DNA of 64,000 nucleotides from an uncultured delta proteobacterium (GTDB taxonomy: Bacteria; Myxococcota; UBA727; VGSZ01), in NCBI GenBank assembly GCA_963775425.1, contig CAVZJB010000011.1, forward strand, positions 1,085,751 to 1,149,750. Reading direction: 5' to 3'. Below are positions 11,901-23,422 of this stretch, piece by piece; position 1 is the stretch's first letter, and each line of letters begins with the position of its first letter. The notes below the pieces were generated by a model that was given only the letters and a program-made list of their open reading frames with translations, was not told the origin of the DNA and did no database searches. The position numbers were made by a program, and so were the translations under genes.

Positions 11901-14900
11901 GCAGCGAGGACAGCAGGTGCTGCAGCACGGGGAGCAGGGCCGGCGTAAGCTTCGCTCGCTGCAGCCGCCGCGGGCTCGCCTGTTCGGCATCGCGGAACGC
12001 CCAGCGAATCGCGTGCATCGACTGATACTTGCGCGCGAGACCGATGGCGACGGCTCGGCTGCGTCCGACCGTCGTCACGAAGGCGAGCGTCACCGAGCCG
12101 TTCGGCGCGAGCACGACACGTGCCCTCAGGCTCATGATGGGATCGAGCACCGCTCCGACGCTCCCGCTCAGCTCCGCGCCGCTCCCCCGCAGCGCCTGTG
12201 GAACCTCGCTGCCCGTGCACCGGCCGAGGAAGGCGCCGCGATCACTCTCGAACCCTGCGAACGAGACCGCTGGTCCTTCACGCACGAGTGCGTGTACCAG
12301 GACGGCGCTCTCTTCGGTCGGACCCTGCGGGCGGCGCGCAAACAGGAGGCCGTCGAGCCCGGGAACGCGATCACTCTCGATGAACATGCTGGTGAACGCA
12401 GGGTGCGCGAGGGCGCGCGCGGCCTCGAAGAGCACGGGTCGGCCGGCGCTCGTCAGCGTGAGGTGACGCGTGCGCGCGGTCTCGTTGTGCAGCGTGACCA
12501 GTCGAACCTCGACGTCATCGGCCGCCGCCACCGCGACGTCCACGTGCACCGAGATTCCGCGCTTGCGCAAGTGCATCTCGGCGTTGTGCATCGCATATGT
12601 GGTGCGGCCCTCCACCGAAGTTGCGCGCCAGACCTCGCGGCTCTGTTCGTCGCGGAGGTAGAGCCACAGCCCGTCGTCGTCGTGGGTCGGGTCGGGCTCG
12701 TAACGCGTGACGGCGAGTCCCTGCCAGACAAGCCCCCCGCCGCCGGAGCCGGTCACGAGGCTCGTCAAGCGCCCGTTGCTCAACACGAACGCCTGGGGAT
12801 GCGCCTGATCGACCGACCACGGCGCGGGTGGAGACGGCGCGATCACCGAGGCGGCACCGGGGACGATCTTGTCGGTATCCGCGACGGGCCACTCGGCGGG
12901 GGGCTGGTCGGGGGCGCGCTCGTTGAGGAGCAGCGTCCCCGCGTCGACGAGCGCGTCGGCGTGAAAGCGCGCGACCATCGTGCGCGCGTTCAAGAAGTTG
13001 CCGAGCGCGATGAGCAGCATCCCCTGATGGTGAGCCATGTAAGAGCGCACGACGGCGTAGGGTTGGCCGTGCGGTTCGTGCTCCGACGCGCGCGCGTCCG
13101 TGAAATCGATCGCCTCGAAGAGCCCGTAGGTTCCGAGCATCCCCATCGCTTCGAGCGCGCGCACGTTGTCGATCACCGCGCGCGGGCGGATGGACACCGC
13201 GAGGAGCGATGCGTATGGCGTGACGACGCGATCCTCCTCGAGGCCGCGCTTGAAGCCGAGCCCGGGGACGCCGAAGGAGCGGTACTGGTAGGTGTGGTCG
13301 GCGTCCACGCGCGCGTAGGCGGACTCGGAGATGCCCCACGGTTCGTCGTTGTGTTCGCCGTACGCGATCTGGGCGTCGACGGCGAGCGCGCAAGTCTGCT
13401 CGAGCAGCGTGCCCTCCTGGCTCTTCATGAGGAGGCCGGGCATCAGGTACTCGAACATCGTTCCGCCCCAGGACAGGAGCGCCGGGCTGCCGGCCACGCG
13501 CGTCATCGGGCGGCCGAGCGCGTACCAATGCTCCTCCGGCACATCGCGCTTGACGATCGCGAGGTAGCTGGCGAGCCGCGCCTCCGATGCGAGCAGGTCG
13601 TAGTAGTGCTTGTCGACCTGATCGATCGACGCGTTGTAGCCGATGTGAAAGAGCTTTCGCTCGCCGTCGTAGAGGAGCTTGAAGTCCATGCCGCGGACCT
13701 CTTCGTCCGCGTTCGCAGCCAGCGTCGCGAGCTCCGCGACAAGCGCGGTCGCGTTCGCCGCCGCGCTGCGAAGCGCAGCGTCGAGCCGCTGTGCCGACGC
13801 ATCGAGCTCCGGCGAGGCGTCGCCGCGCTGGCGCCGTGCACCGACGTTCTCCTCGAGCGCGGCCCGCAAAACGTCGGACGCACCGGCAATCTCGTCGAGG
13901 CGCAGCCCCGCGGGCAAGTCGATGCCTTGCGTCGCCGCATCGTCCTGCAGGGCCAACCAGGGAAGCAGCACCTCGAGCTCGTGGCGCATCGCGCGCATCT
14001 GTTGGTGGAGGGCTTCAATCGCCGTGCGAAGCGCGTGCAGCAGCTCGGGCTCGTGCCGGTGGGCGCCGCTCTCAACCAGCTCCAGCAGCTCCCGGTTGAG
14101 CTCCACCGCGGTCTCGTCGCAGAGCTCTCGCAGCGTCTCGTAGGTTTCGCCGAGAGCGCCGCGCGCGTGCAGCGCCGCCGCGTCCATGCGCGCGATGAGC
14201 TCGCGCAGCGCGGCGACGGGGCCGGCCGGGCTCGACGGCAACGTCTCACCGAGGAGCGCGATCGAGTCACGCAGACCGTCCCACGCCTCGGCGCGGACAA
14301 CCGGCGCCCCCATCACCTCGGCCAGGCCTTGCTTCAACGCGAGGAGGCAGCCCGCAAAGTTGCCGCTGTCCACCGTCGACACGTAGTGCGGCAGCAGGGG
14401 CTGGAGGTTCTTGGTGTCGTACCAGTTCAGCAGGTGACCGCGGTAGCGCTGCATGCGCGCGATGCTGTCGAAGGCGCGCCGCACGCGCAGCGAGAGCTCG
14501 GTCACGCCGACGTAGCCGAAGTCATAAGCGGAGAGCGTCGCGAGGAGCATCAAGCCCACGTTCGTCGGCGACGTGCGGTGCGCGAGTTGTGCGCGCGGCT
14601 CCGCTTGATAATTGTCCACGGGCAACCATTGGTCGTCTGGCCCGACGAACCTGTCGAAGAACCGCCAGGTGCGGCGCGCGAGCAGGCGCAGCTTGGTCCG
14701 GTCGCTCTGCGTCACGCGCTCCACACGCGACCGCGGACGCTTGCTCAGCCAGCGCGCGAGCTCCGGCGCCGACAGCCACAGCGCGAGCAGCGGGGCGGCG
14801 ACGATGAACGCCGTTGGACGAACGAGGAGCACCAGCGCACCGATCGTGAGCACGAGGATCGTGGAGGGAATCATCGTCTGCCAGAGCAGCGCGCGCGCGG

Positions 14901-17407
14901 ACCGCAACTCGACCCCGAGGGCCGTGTGCGCGTCGCTCGTCCATTGCAGCAAGTACCGGCGCGTGATGCTCGTCCTCACGGCGACACGGATGACGGCGTC
15001 CACCGCCACTGCCGCCTCCTGAGCGAGGAAGGCGATGCCGAGCGCGCAGCGAGCGAGGTCGTTCTTGCGCACCCGTCCGCGGCTCGCGAGCACGAGGACG
15101 AGCGGAGCGAACAGGATGGCCAGCGCCGCGAGGGTCCACGGCAGCGGCGCGCCGGGGAGCCGCACCCACCCGAGCACGAGAAACAACAGGAGGAGCGGGC
15201 TCGTCAAGCTGCGGCGCAGGTTGTCGGCGATCTTCCAGCGGTCGATGAGCGCGAGGCGATTCGGGACGCTCCTGTTGCCCGCCGCGGGGACGCGCGAAAA
15301 CAGCCATGGCACGAGCTGCCAATCGCCACGAATCCACCGGTGCATTCTCTTTGTGTACGTCGCGTAGTTGGACGGATACGGCTCGAAGACGAGGATGTCC
15401 GTCGCCAGCGCGGTGCGGCCGTGAATCCCCTCGAAGAGGTCGTGGCTCACGAGCCGGTTTTCCGGTGCGCGTCCGCCGACGCTGCGAACGAATGCGTCTA
15501 CGTCGTAGATGCCTTTGCCGACGTAAACCCCGGATCCGAAGAGATCCTGGTACATCTCGGAACATGCGTGGGTGTAGATGTCGAAGCCCACGTCGCCGGA
15601 GAAGATGCGCGCGAACCTCGTTGCGCGCGCGGCCGACGGCGAAGTCTCCACGCGCGGTTGCACAATCGTATACCCGGCGACAACGCGATCGCTCGCCGGA
15701 TCGAAGACCGCGCGGTTCAAAGGATGGGCGAGCAGCCCGACCAGCCGACTCCCGCTCCCCATGGGAAGCTCGGTATCGCTGTCGAGCGTGATCACGTAGC
15801 GAACGCCAAGGAGCCCGCCGGGGTCACCGACGTGGCGTGAGAAGCTGGTCGACGTGTCGCCGCGTAGCAGGCGGTTGAGCTCTTCGAGCTTTCCACGCTT
15901 GCGCTCCCACCCCATGAAGCGCTTCTCGGCGGGATTCCACAGCGGGTCGCGATGGAGGAGATGAAACGGGCCAATCCCGCCCTTTCCGTGCTTGCGGTTG
16001 AGCGCGGTGACAGCTCGCGCGGCGCTCTCGAGGAGCGCGGCCTTGTCGGGGCTCTCTAGTGCGGTCTTTGCGTCGACGTAGTCCGTGAGAAGCGCAAACT
16101 GGAATTGCGGATCGGGATTCTTGAGGTAGTGCAGCTCGATCTGACGCATCATGGCGCGCACGTCGTCGTCACGGCCGAGGAGCGTCGGGATGACGACGAG
16201 CGTCCGCACCTCGGCGGGCAAGCCCGCCGTGAAGTCGAATCTTCGGGAGGGTCCGCGGCGGGAGCAGGCGCGCGAGCACGAGCTGCAGGAGCGCGACGGC
16301 GACGGCGGAGACCGGTATGAGCGCGACGATGAGAACGACGGCGGTCCACGCGAGCGGGACGGTGTCGGGCGCGACGACGCGTGCGAGGAGCCACCCGAGC
16401 GCGACCGCAGGGAGCGCCGTAAACAAGGTGAGCAAAACGAAGTACGCGGTGGTCGGCCGTCGCGTGACCGCTCGGCGAACGCGTTCGAGGCCGACCGCGC
16501 GATAGTGAAGCTTCTCCTCGAGCGCGGACCGCCCCTCAGCGACGAGGTAGTAGCCGACGTGGCCGCGACGTGGGTCGGACTCCTCCCCGCGGGCGAGGTC
16601 GATGGCGAGGCTGGCGACGTCTTCCTCGGTGCGCTCGGTGGCCCACGCCAGCGCCTCGACCACGTTGCGGTACGAATCGCACGTCTCGAAGTCCATACGC
16701 GCGTAGACAAGCGCCGGGTCGCTGCGCAGGACGGCTTCGGTGCGACTCGTAACTTCGAAGAAGGCCTTCCAATCGAGCGCGTCCAGCACCCGTAGCGCGT
16801 GCACGGATCGCTCGACGTCGATATCGGCGTCGAGCTGGGCGGGCGCGGGCTCGTCTGAGTCCGCGTCGTCGAGCGGCACGCCGAGAGCGTGGAGTGACTC
16901 GAGGAGGCGATCGAGCACCGCCGCGCGCAACATCGTCGGCAGCGCCCAGAGCTCGGCGATCGTGAGCGGAGAGACTTCCTGGTATGCATCGATGAAGCGA
17001 CGGAGGGTGATCGGGTCGACGGCAGCGCTGCTTTTGTCGACGAGCGCGCGTGCGAGGGAGTCGATCCGCGGGCGTTCGCGCGCGGCGCCGGAGGCGAGCA
17101 GCGGGAGGTGACGGACGAAGCCCGTCGGCAGCTCTTCTTCGACCTGACGGGCGACGCGACGAACCAAGTAGTAGTTGTCGAGAAACCATTCGCTGGCCCT
17201 GCGCAGCGCGCTCTCTCCCGTCGACGCCCCCCGCATGTGCTTGAGGGCGCGATCGAGCCGCGGCGAGAAGTGCGGTGGCTTGAACGGTGTGGCGCCCCGC
17301 TGCGCGCGCGCGAGGTCGCGCTGCGCCTCGGCCAGAGCGCGCGCCTCGGCTTCGAGGAGCGCGGTCGACGCGGCCTCGTGCGCTGCCGCGTCAGCCTCGA
17401 CGCTCAC
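8926..17407 (-). CDS. ndvB: cyclic beta-1,2-glucan synthase (GT84 + glucoamylase-like + GH94), split by a single-base frameshift at ~16240
   Basis: First frame: EWFLDNYY, LTIAELWALPTMLR, MDFETCDSYR, HVGYYL, LPPRTLPK. Second frame: DFTAGLPAEVRTLVVIPTLL, WERKRGKLEELN, SHDLFEG, HRWIRGDWQL, YYDLLASEARL, SYMAHHQGM, YQSSGAFGYRDQLQD, GDWNDGMN, ENGGQYTHAA, WTWYTGAAAW. GTG start overlaps the USP stop. Confidence 0.93.
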
Positions 17408-18420
17408 AGGCTTTCCGGCGCGTAGTTCGCTCGTGGCGAGGGCTGTGCGAGCGGCTCGTTGTCGTCGGCGGCGCGGCGCGTCTCGAGCTCGGGCAGGTCC
17501 TGAAGCACGAGGAGCGGCGCGATCCCGTGGGTCAGCAGGTAGGCCGTGACACCCCCGAACGAGCGCGCCGAGTCGCAAGCGGACCCGTGCGCCGACAGCA
17601 CGATGAGGTCAGCGTGCTCTCGCTGCGAGAGCTCGAGCAGCCCTTGATGCTGGCTGGCGTGTCGCACCACGAGGGTGCGCACGGAGGTCGTCTCATGGGC
17701 GAGCTGCGCCTGAAGGTGCTCGAGGTAGTTCCGCGCACCAGCCTCGGTGCGCTTCGCCAGCTCGTGCGCAAGCGCGACGTCTTCGGGCGCTTGCAGCAAT
17801 GACGTCGGCAACGGCTCGGCTACGACGTGGACGAGGAGGATTTCGGCCCCATGCGCGCTGGCGATGCGCGCGGCGGGCGGCAGCACGCTCTCGGCGCGCA
17901 GCAATCCGTCGAGCGGGACCAGGATGCGCTTCAGGGCCACCACCTTCTCCGCGGCCGAAGAGGAACGAGCGACGAGGACGGAGCTGCGCGTCACGGCGAG
18001 GACCTGCTGCACGGTGCTGCCGAGGCTCCACGGCGTCACGCCCGCCTCGCCGTGACTCCCGAGCACCGTGATCTCGGCGCCGAGCTCACGCGCGAGGTCG
18101 ACGATGCGTTCAGCGGGATGGCCTTGCTCGAGCCGTGCATCGACGGGCCGACCCAGTGCTTGGGCTGCTCGCGCCGTGAGGCGCTCGAGGTAGGTCGCGG
18201 CCTCTTGCCGCGAGATCTCCCATCCGAGGGCGTCGCTGGTCTGCGGGCCCGCGTGGTCGTGGTGGGGTTGCATGACATGGACGAGCGTCACGGCGCTGTG
18301 GAACGCTTGGGCGAGGGAAACCGCGTAGGGGACGCACACCTCGGAGAAGCTGGAGCCGTCGACGCACGCGAGGACGCGGCCTCCGTGAAGCTTCAGGTCG
18401 GGGAGCGGGTTCGTCGTCAT
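17404..18420 (-). CDS. universal stress protein (two USP domains)
   Basis: VLACVDGSSFSE..., GHPAERIV..VLGSHG..LGSTVQQVL; second domain ILVPLDG..., ADLIVLSAHG..FGGVTAYLL. Confidence 0.92.
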   Translation of the reverse strand: MTTNPLPDLKLHGGRVLACVDGSSFSEVCVPYAVSLAQAFHSAVTLVHVMQPHHDHAGPQTSDALGWEISRQEAATYLERLTARAAQALGRPVDARLEQGHPAERIVDLARELGAEITVLGSHGEAGVTPWSLGSTVQQVLAVTRSSVLVARSSSAAEKVVALKRILVPLDGLLRAESVLPPAARIASAHGAEILLVHVVAEPLPTSLLQAPEDVALAHELAKRTEAGARNYLEHLQAQLAHETTSVRTLVVRHASQHQGLLELSQREHADLIVLSAHGSACDSARSFGGVTAYLLTHGIAPLLVLQDLPELETRRAADDNEPLAQPSPRANYAPESL

Positions 18421-18432
18421 AGGGCGCCATTG

Positions 18433-18448
18433 TGCAGACGACGTGCCA
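18433..18448 (-). promoter_or_regulatory. sigma54 -24/-12 promoter of the USP-ndvB operon
   Basis: Minus strand TGGCACGtcgtCTGCA with exact GG-N10-GC spacing. Confidence 0.65.
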
Positions 18449-18782
18449 CCGCTTTTGCCGAGCGCTGCCCGAAGATCGGCGTGACGGCGTGTCGACCGGC
18501 ACTTCCAGGTTGCGCGATCGCACGGCGCGGTCGGAGCGCCGCCGCGCCGACGGGCGGATCCACTGTCCTCCTGTAAAACATGAGCGTCGTCGTGGACGAA
18601 AGTGCAGACCGGCGCTCCACGGATGCCGCCCATCCGGTCCTGAACGACGCGAACCGGTGCAAAGTTTTCCGACCGCGCGCCTCGCGCTCGAGCGCGCCCC
18701 GCTGCACGTCCTTGCCGCGCCAACCGTGCGCTCGCATAGAGAAGGACGACGCAGGTCACGAACAAGCAAGAAGGAAAGAAAC

Positions 18783-19418
18783 ATGGACACCACGATTGCC
18801 GGCACCTACCCCCAGGCCACTCGCGTTCGCGGCGCGGCTACGATGACGCGCATCCTCGACAAGGCGGTTCACATCGCTTCGGTCGAGGGACTCGAGTCGA
18901 TGAGCCTCGCAACCCTCGCGAAGGCGACTTCGATGTCGAAGAGCGGGCTCTTCGCGCACTTCCGCAACAAGGAGGCCCTCCAGCTCGCCACCATCGACGA
19001 AGCCGAGCGCATCTTCTTCGAGGCGGTCGTGACGCCGTCGCAGAGCTTGAAGGGCATCGAGCGCCTCTCGAGGATGATCGGCGACTACAGCGATTGCTGC
19101 GCCCTGTCGCCCTTCCGCGGCGGGTGCTTCTTCGCGGCGGCGGCGCACGAGTTCGACGGTCGACCCGGGGCGGTGCGCGAGCGGGTGGTCACGTTCTTCG
19201 AGCGTTGGCACGACGAGCTCAGGAGCGCGGCGCTGCAGGCGATCGAGAGCGGGCAGGTCAGGGCCGACCTCGACGTCGAGCAATTGACCTTCGACGTCGA
19301 CGCCATCGGGCTCGCCGTGAACCTCGCCGCGCAGCTCGGCGCCGGCGCCGATCGCGCGCGTGGGCAGGGGCGTGCGGCCGCTGCAGCGCTGCTCGGGTTC
19401 GTCCAAAGCATGAACTGA
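18783..19418 (+). CDS. TetR/AcrR family transcriptional regulator
   Basis: ILDKAVHIASVEGLESMSLATLAKATSMSKSGLFAHFRNKEAL HTH; GGCFFAAAAHEFDGRPGAVR C-domain; AAGGAAAG RBS. Confidence 0.93.
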   Translation: MDTTIAGTYPQATRVRGAATMTRILDKAVHIASVEGLESMSLATLAKATSMSKSGLFAHFRNKEALQLATIDEAERIFFEAVVTPSQSLKGIERLSRMIGDYSDCCALSPFRGGCFFAAAAHEFDGRPGAVRERVVTFFERWHDELRSAALQAIESGQVRADLDVEQLTFDVDAIGLAVNLAAQLGAGADRARGQGRAAAAALLGFVQSMN

Positions 19419-19553
19419 GCGATGATGGACTGCGGCGCAGAGCTTCTCGAACGACGCGTTCGCATCGACGACGGCCCTCCCGGGCCGTCGTCGACGGCCC
19501 TCCCGCCGACGCCGCCGGGTCAGGCGTGTCGCGCCTGGTTCCCTCGACCGGCT

Positions 19554-21344
19554 TCATTGCAGGAGGGCGCCGCGCACGAAGTCTTGAATGCGATCCAATT
19601 CGAGGGGCTTGGTCAGCAGCGCCGTCACGCCGAGCGTCTCGGCTCGCTCCTTCGTCTCACGGTCGACGAACGCGGTGATGAGCACCAACGGAAGATCACA
19701 GGACAGCGTGCGGACCTTCTCGAGCACCTGGAGACCGGACGCGCCGGGCAGCCTGACGTCGGCGATGATGATGTCGGGCCAGGCGTCGTCGGGGGCGACG
19801 GACATGCTCGACGCGACCTGGGTCAAGAGCGCGGTTCCGTCGGAGAGCGCGACGACCTCGTGTCCCTCGCCCGCCAGGAGATCGGTCAGCGCCTCGCGCA
19901 GCGCCTCGTCGTCCTCGGCCAGCAGGATTCGCGCTCGTTCGCGCGACGCGCGGGGGATCAGCTCCGCCGGCGCCGGCTTCGTGCGCGCACCCTCGGCGCG
20001 ATAGGCCTTGAGCCGATAGTGGACCTTCCGTTCCGAGGCCCCGAGCATCTCGGCGGCGGCCCTCACGCTGCCGAGCGCGTCGTACGTCTCGAGGATCGCG
20101 GCTCGCTCGATCTCCTTGAGCGTTCGACCGACGAGCTGAGCGCCCGTTGGCGCGCTGATCGTGCGCGGCGACTTCGAGAGGTACGCCGGCAGGCTACCGC
20201 TGACGATCGTGTCCCCGGTCGCCACCGCGAGCGCCTGCAGCGCGACGTTCTGCAGCTCGCGCACGTTTCCCGGCCAGTCGTGGCGCAGGAGCGCGCGCAT
20301 CACTTCGGGTGATGAGGCCGGCGGCCGGCGCCGCTGGGCTTGGGCGGCGAATGCGACGAAGTGCTCCCACAGCGCGAGCGTGTCGGCGGCGCGCCCGCGC
20401 AGCGGCGGGACCTCCGTGGACAGGGCGCTCAAGCGGTAGAAGAGATCGGCGCGGAAGCGGCCGCGCTCGACCTCCTCTTCGAGTCGCCGATGCGTCGCCG
20501 CGATGATGCGGACGTCGATGGAGCTGCTCTCGCTCCCGCCGGCGTGCTCGGGGGGCTGCTCTTCGAGGATGCCGAGCAGCTTCACCTGGAGGTTCAGCGG
20601 GAGGTCGGCGATCTCGTCGAGGAAGAGCGTTCCTCCGTCGGCGAGCCCGAACCAGCCCTCGCGCCGCGCCCGCGGGTTCCCAGGCGCACCACTGTCGTAG
20701 CCGAAGAGCTCGGAGGCGATCAGCGACTCGGGCAACGACGCGCAGTTGACGGTCACGAAGGGACCGCCACGCCGTGCTGAGAGGCGGTGCAACGCGCGCG
20801 CGACGACCTGTTTGCCCGTGCCGGTCTCGCCGGTGATCACCACGGAAGCGCGCGACTGCGCGGCGCCGAGCACGAAGCGCCAGAGGTCGCGCATCGGCGG
20901 CGTGGATCCGACGAGGAGCGCGGGCAGCTCCACCTGCGTCCGCGCGGGGGCTTTTGTGGTGACCGCTTCGTGCAGAAGGCTCCTCCGCAACGCCACGGGG
21001 TCGACCGGGTGCACGAGGACGGCGTCGGCGTTGCATGCGGCGGCGAGCGTCAGGTTCTTTCCGGAGGGCTCCGCGATGATGAGTACGCATGCGCAACGGT
21101 GCAGCGCGCGCACGCGCGACACGAACGTGGCGAGGTCGGGCCCTGCGTCGACGACGTCGAGCACGACGACGTGCGGCTGCCAGTCGGCGATCGCCGCGGG
21201 GTCCGCGACGTCCTCGACGACTCGCACGAGCATGCCCTCTGCTTCGATCGCTCGGCGCAGCTCCCCGGCCGGTCCCTCCGCGGCCACGAGAGCCACGCGC
21301 GGGCCCCATGGCCGTCGGCCGATTGCGGTCAAGTGCGCGTCCAC
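19554..21344 (-). CDS. atypical enhancer-binding protein: REC-like / AAA+ / HTH / C-terminal REC
   Basis: [54 protein letters not shown], Fis-type HTH, then ILLAEDD...IIIADVRLPGASG...ITAF...KP. Start uncertain (GTG 21344 after GAGGAGG). Confidence 0.85.
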   Translation of the reverse strand: MDAHLTAIGRRPWGPRVALVAAEGPAGELRRAIEAEGMLVRVVEDVADPAAIADWQPHVVVLDVVDAGPDLATFVSRVRALHRCACVLIIAEPSGKNLTLAAACNADAVLVHPVDPVALRRSLLHEAVTTKAPARTQVELPALLVGSTPPMRDLWRFVLGAAQSRASVVITGETGTGKQVVARALHRLSARRGGPFVTVNCASLPESLIASELFGYDSGAPGNPRARREGWFGLADGGTLFLDEIADLPLNLQVKLLGILEEQPPEHAGGSESSSIDVRIIAATHRRLEEEVERGRFRADLFYRLSALSTEVPPLRGRAADTLALWEHFVAFAAQAQRRRPPASSPEVMRALLRHDWPGNVRELQNVALQALAVATGDTIVSGSLPAYLSKSPRTISAPTGAQLVGRTLKEIERAAILETYDALGSVRAAAEMLGASERKVHYRLKAYRAEGARTKPAPAELIPRASRERARILLAEDDEALREALTDLLAGEGHEVVALSDGTALLTQVASSMSVAPDDAWPDIIIADVRLPGASGLQVLEKVRTLSCDLPLVLITAFVDRETKERAETLGVTALLTKPLELDRIQDFVRGALLQ

Positions 21345-21795
21345 GGAGCCAACCGCGCCTCCTCGAAGGCGCGATGGGTCCTCGCGACGAAGAGCGTGAA
21401 TTCGATGCCCGTCGTTCGCAGTGTCGCCGCCATGGAGCTTGCCGCATCGAGCATCGGAACCCACCTCGCGGAGGCCGGTGTGCGAGAAGCGCGCCAACCG
21501 CAAAGTCAGGCGCGGAGCGGAGTGCACGCAAAGCACGCGCAGCATTCGACACACCGCATGTGCGGTTGAACGCGCGAAGGCTCGTACACCGCGACCGCGC
21601 GTGCCGGGTGATCCGACACTTCAGCCGACGGCCGCCGGGGAGCAGAGACGATCACGCACGCGCGGACGGGCCCATGCGCGCGCACGCTATGCGTTGCACG
21701 GGGACGCCCACGCCGTGCTCCATCGAGTCCACCGACGCCCGTGCACCTCGCCACCCGCTGCGCGTGACAGGCTACGACAGGCTACGATCGTACGG

Positions 21796-21987
21796 ATGAG
21801 GGCTCTCGCCACTGTCTGCGTCGCTGCCGCGCTGGGAGCAGGATGCGGGATGACTCCGGGACCGTCTCCGGCCGGCTGCCTCGACACCTTCTCGGGCCCT
21901 CAAGACCTGACGCCGACACCGGCCGATTGTCGTTGGAGCCCTCTGAGCGCTGCCCCGGCAGGGGAGACGTTCGTCGACGTCATTTGA
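21796..21987 (+). CDS. small putative lipoprotein, possibly truncated
   Basis: MRALATVCVAAALGAGC lipobox; TACGAT box 7 nt upstream; only 63 aa. Confidence 0.45.
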   Translation: MRALATVCVAAALGAGCGMTPGPSPAGCLDTFSGPQDLTPTPADCRWSPLSAAPAGETFVDVI

Positions 21988-22107
21988 GCGCTCGAGGCGT
22001 ACACGTCCCAGGCGGCACTCCCGGGTCGATGACTCGGAGCGGATCTCGGCCATCGCTCGCCCGCTCGACGGAGATGCCGAGTGGACGGCGCGGCGCTCCG
22101 AGTGGGC

Positions 22108-23049
22108 CTATTGGCCGGGCCTGAAGACGAACGGAAAACTGACGACCACGATGCTGCCGTGTTCGCCGCGGAGCAACTCGCCGCCGGGGAGAGCAGCGTC
22201 CTTCGGCTTCGGAAACACCCACGTTTTGATCTTGTCCGCCAGACAACGCTCGATGTTGTCGTCGTGCAGCTTCGTCTCCTCGACCTGGGCCTGCGGCACC
22301 TTCCCCCCACTGCCGATGACCCACTTCATCTTCAACTTGCCCGCGACTCCCGGCACCTTCGCGAGCTCGCGCTCATAGCAGGCGCGAATCTGCCCCGCGC
22401 GTTCCTGCACGATGCGTATCACGGCCTCTTTCTCGAGCGCGCCAAGAATGATCGGCGTCCCCATTGTCAACGTGCCCTTGTCGGGCGTTTTCGCCGTCGT
22501 CGACTTCTCGTCGTCGCGCAGTGCTGCCGATGCCTGCGTGAACAACTCCTGTGCATTCTTCAATGTCTCCGCCGACGTCCGATGGAATTCGTTTGCCGCG
22601 GGCGCCTCGTCGAACCTGTGCTGCACGACCTTGCCGTGATCGAACACGAGCGAGTCCACGCGCATGAACGCCGGGGCGCGTTCATCGGCGGGCACATCAT
22701 CGCCGCCCTGGATCGTCATGAGACTCGTGTGCATCACTTCGGAGCACACAAGCTCGCCGTGGTCATAACGATAATCGACGTGCTCGCGCTCCGACTCCTG
22801 CAAGACCTGTCCGTCAATCCGAAGCATATCGCCGTTCACGTAGACGTCCGCGGCCCCGCCCTCTTCGCCACGGTCGTCGAGGGAAACGCGCGTCGACGGC
22901 GCGCTCGCCGACGACGTCATGAGCCAGATGTTCGCGCACAGCAGCTTCTGCGCAGCGGCCTTCGTCGTCTTCGGCGCGGGCGCACCCGCGCGGGCGCGGC
23001 CTGGAGTGAGCGCCAAACCGATCACAACGAGCGCGACGACCTTCCGCAT
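22108..23049 (-). CDS. secreted AgmX/PglI C-terminal (TonB_C-like) domain protein
   Basis: Signal peptide; IRACYERELAKVPGVAGKLKMKWVIGSGGKV...ERCLADKIKTWVFPKP...VVVSFPFVF. Confidence 0.85.
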   Translation of the reverse strand: MRKVVALVVIGLALTPGRARAGAPAPKTTKAAAQKLLCANIWLMTSSASAPSTRVSLDDRGEEGGAADVYVNGDMLRIDGQVLQESEREHVDYRYDHGELVCSEVMHTSLMTIQGGDDVPADERAPAFMRVDSLVFDHGKVVQHRFDEAPAANEFHRTSAETLKNAQELFTQASAALRDDEKSTTAKTPDKGTLTMGTPIILGALEKEAVIRIVQERAGQIRACYERELAKVPGVAGKLKMKWVIGSGGKVPQAQVEETKLHDDNIERCLADKIKTWVFPKPKDAALPGGELLRGEHGSIVVVSFPFVFRPGQ

Positions 23050-23060
23050 GGGCAGCGATT

Positions 23061-23264
23061 CTACATCGCGCGACGGCGGATGACGTGATCGTCTTTGGGG
23101 ATGCGCTCGCGCGGTCCGAGGCCGAGGATCTCGACTTTGCCCGAGGTGCGGAGACGTCCGATGGCCTGCCCGACGTCCGTCTTCGTGACGTGAAGGTCGG
23201 CGAGGACCCGAGGCCAGACGCCGTCGTAGGTCAGGGAACCACCTGCGATCGCGTCAAGGACCAA
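23061..23264 (-). pseudogene. gene fragment, winged-helix-like C-terminus (resembles the end of three-Cys-motif partner TcmP proteins)
   Basis: YDGVWPRVLADLHVTKTDVGQAIGRLRTSGKVEILGLGPRERIPKDDHVIRR; no upstream body. The resemblance is from memory only. Confidence 0.35.
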
Positions 23265-23422
23265 GACGGGTGCTCATTCATGGTTGGCATCGGCGGCGCT
23301 GAGTCCGTGCTCGGGTACTTCGACCCCGACGGGGCCGCCTTCCACAGCCTCGGTGACAGCGAGGTTTCGCGCGCTTCGCGATGCCGAGCGCGAGGACGCC
23401 GGCGGGCAGCTCTTCTCTCGGT

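Noticed and set aside
11683-15840. 1385-aa plus-strand ORF and similar long ORFs (24949-27204, 29844-32228, 36869-39286)
   Set aside because: Antisense shadows of GC3-biased real genes, with no motifs.
16241-16989. N-terminal ~250 aa of the 2687-aa track ORF
   Set aside because: Arg/Ser-rich off-frame translation; the true ndvB N-terminus is in the adjacent frame.
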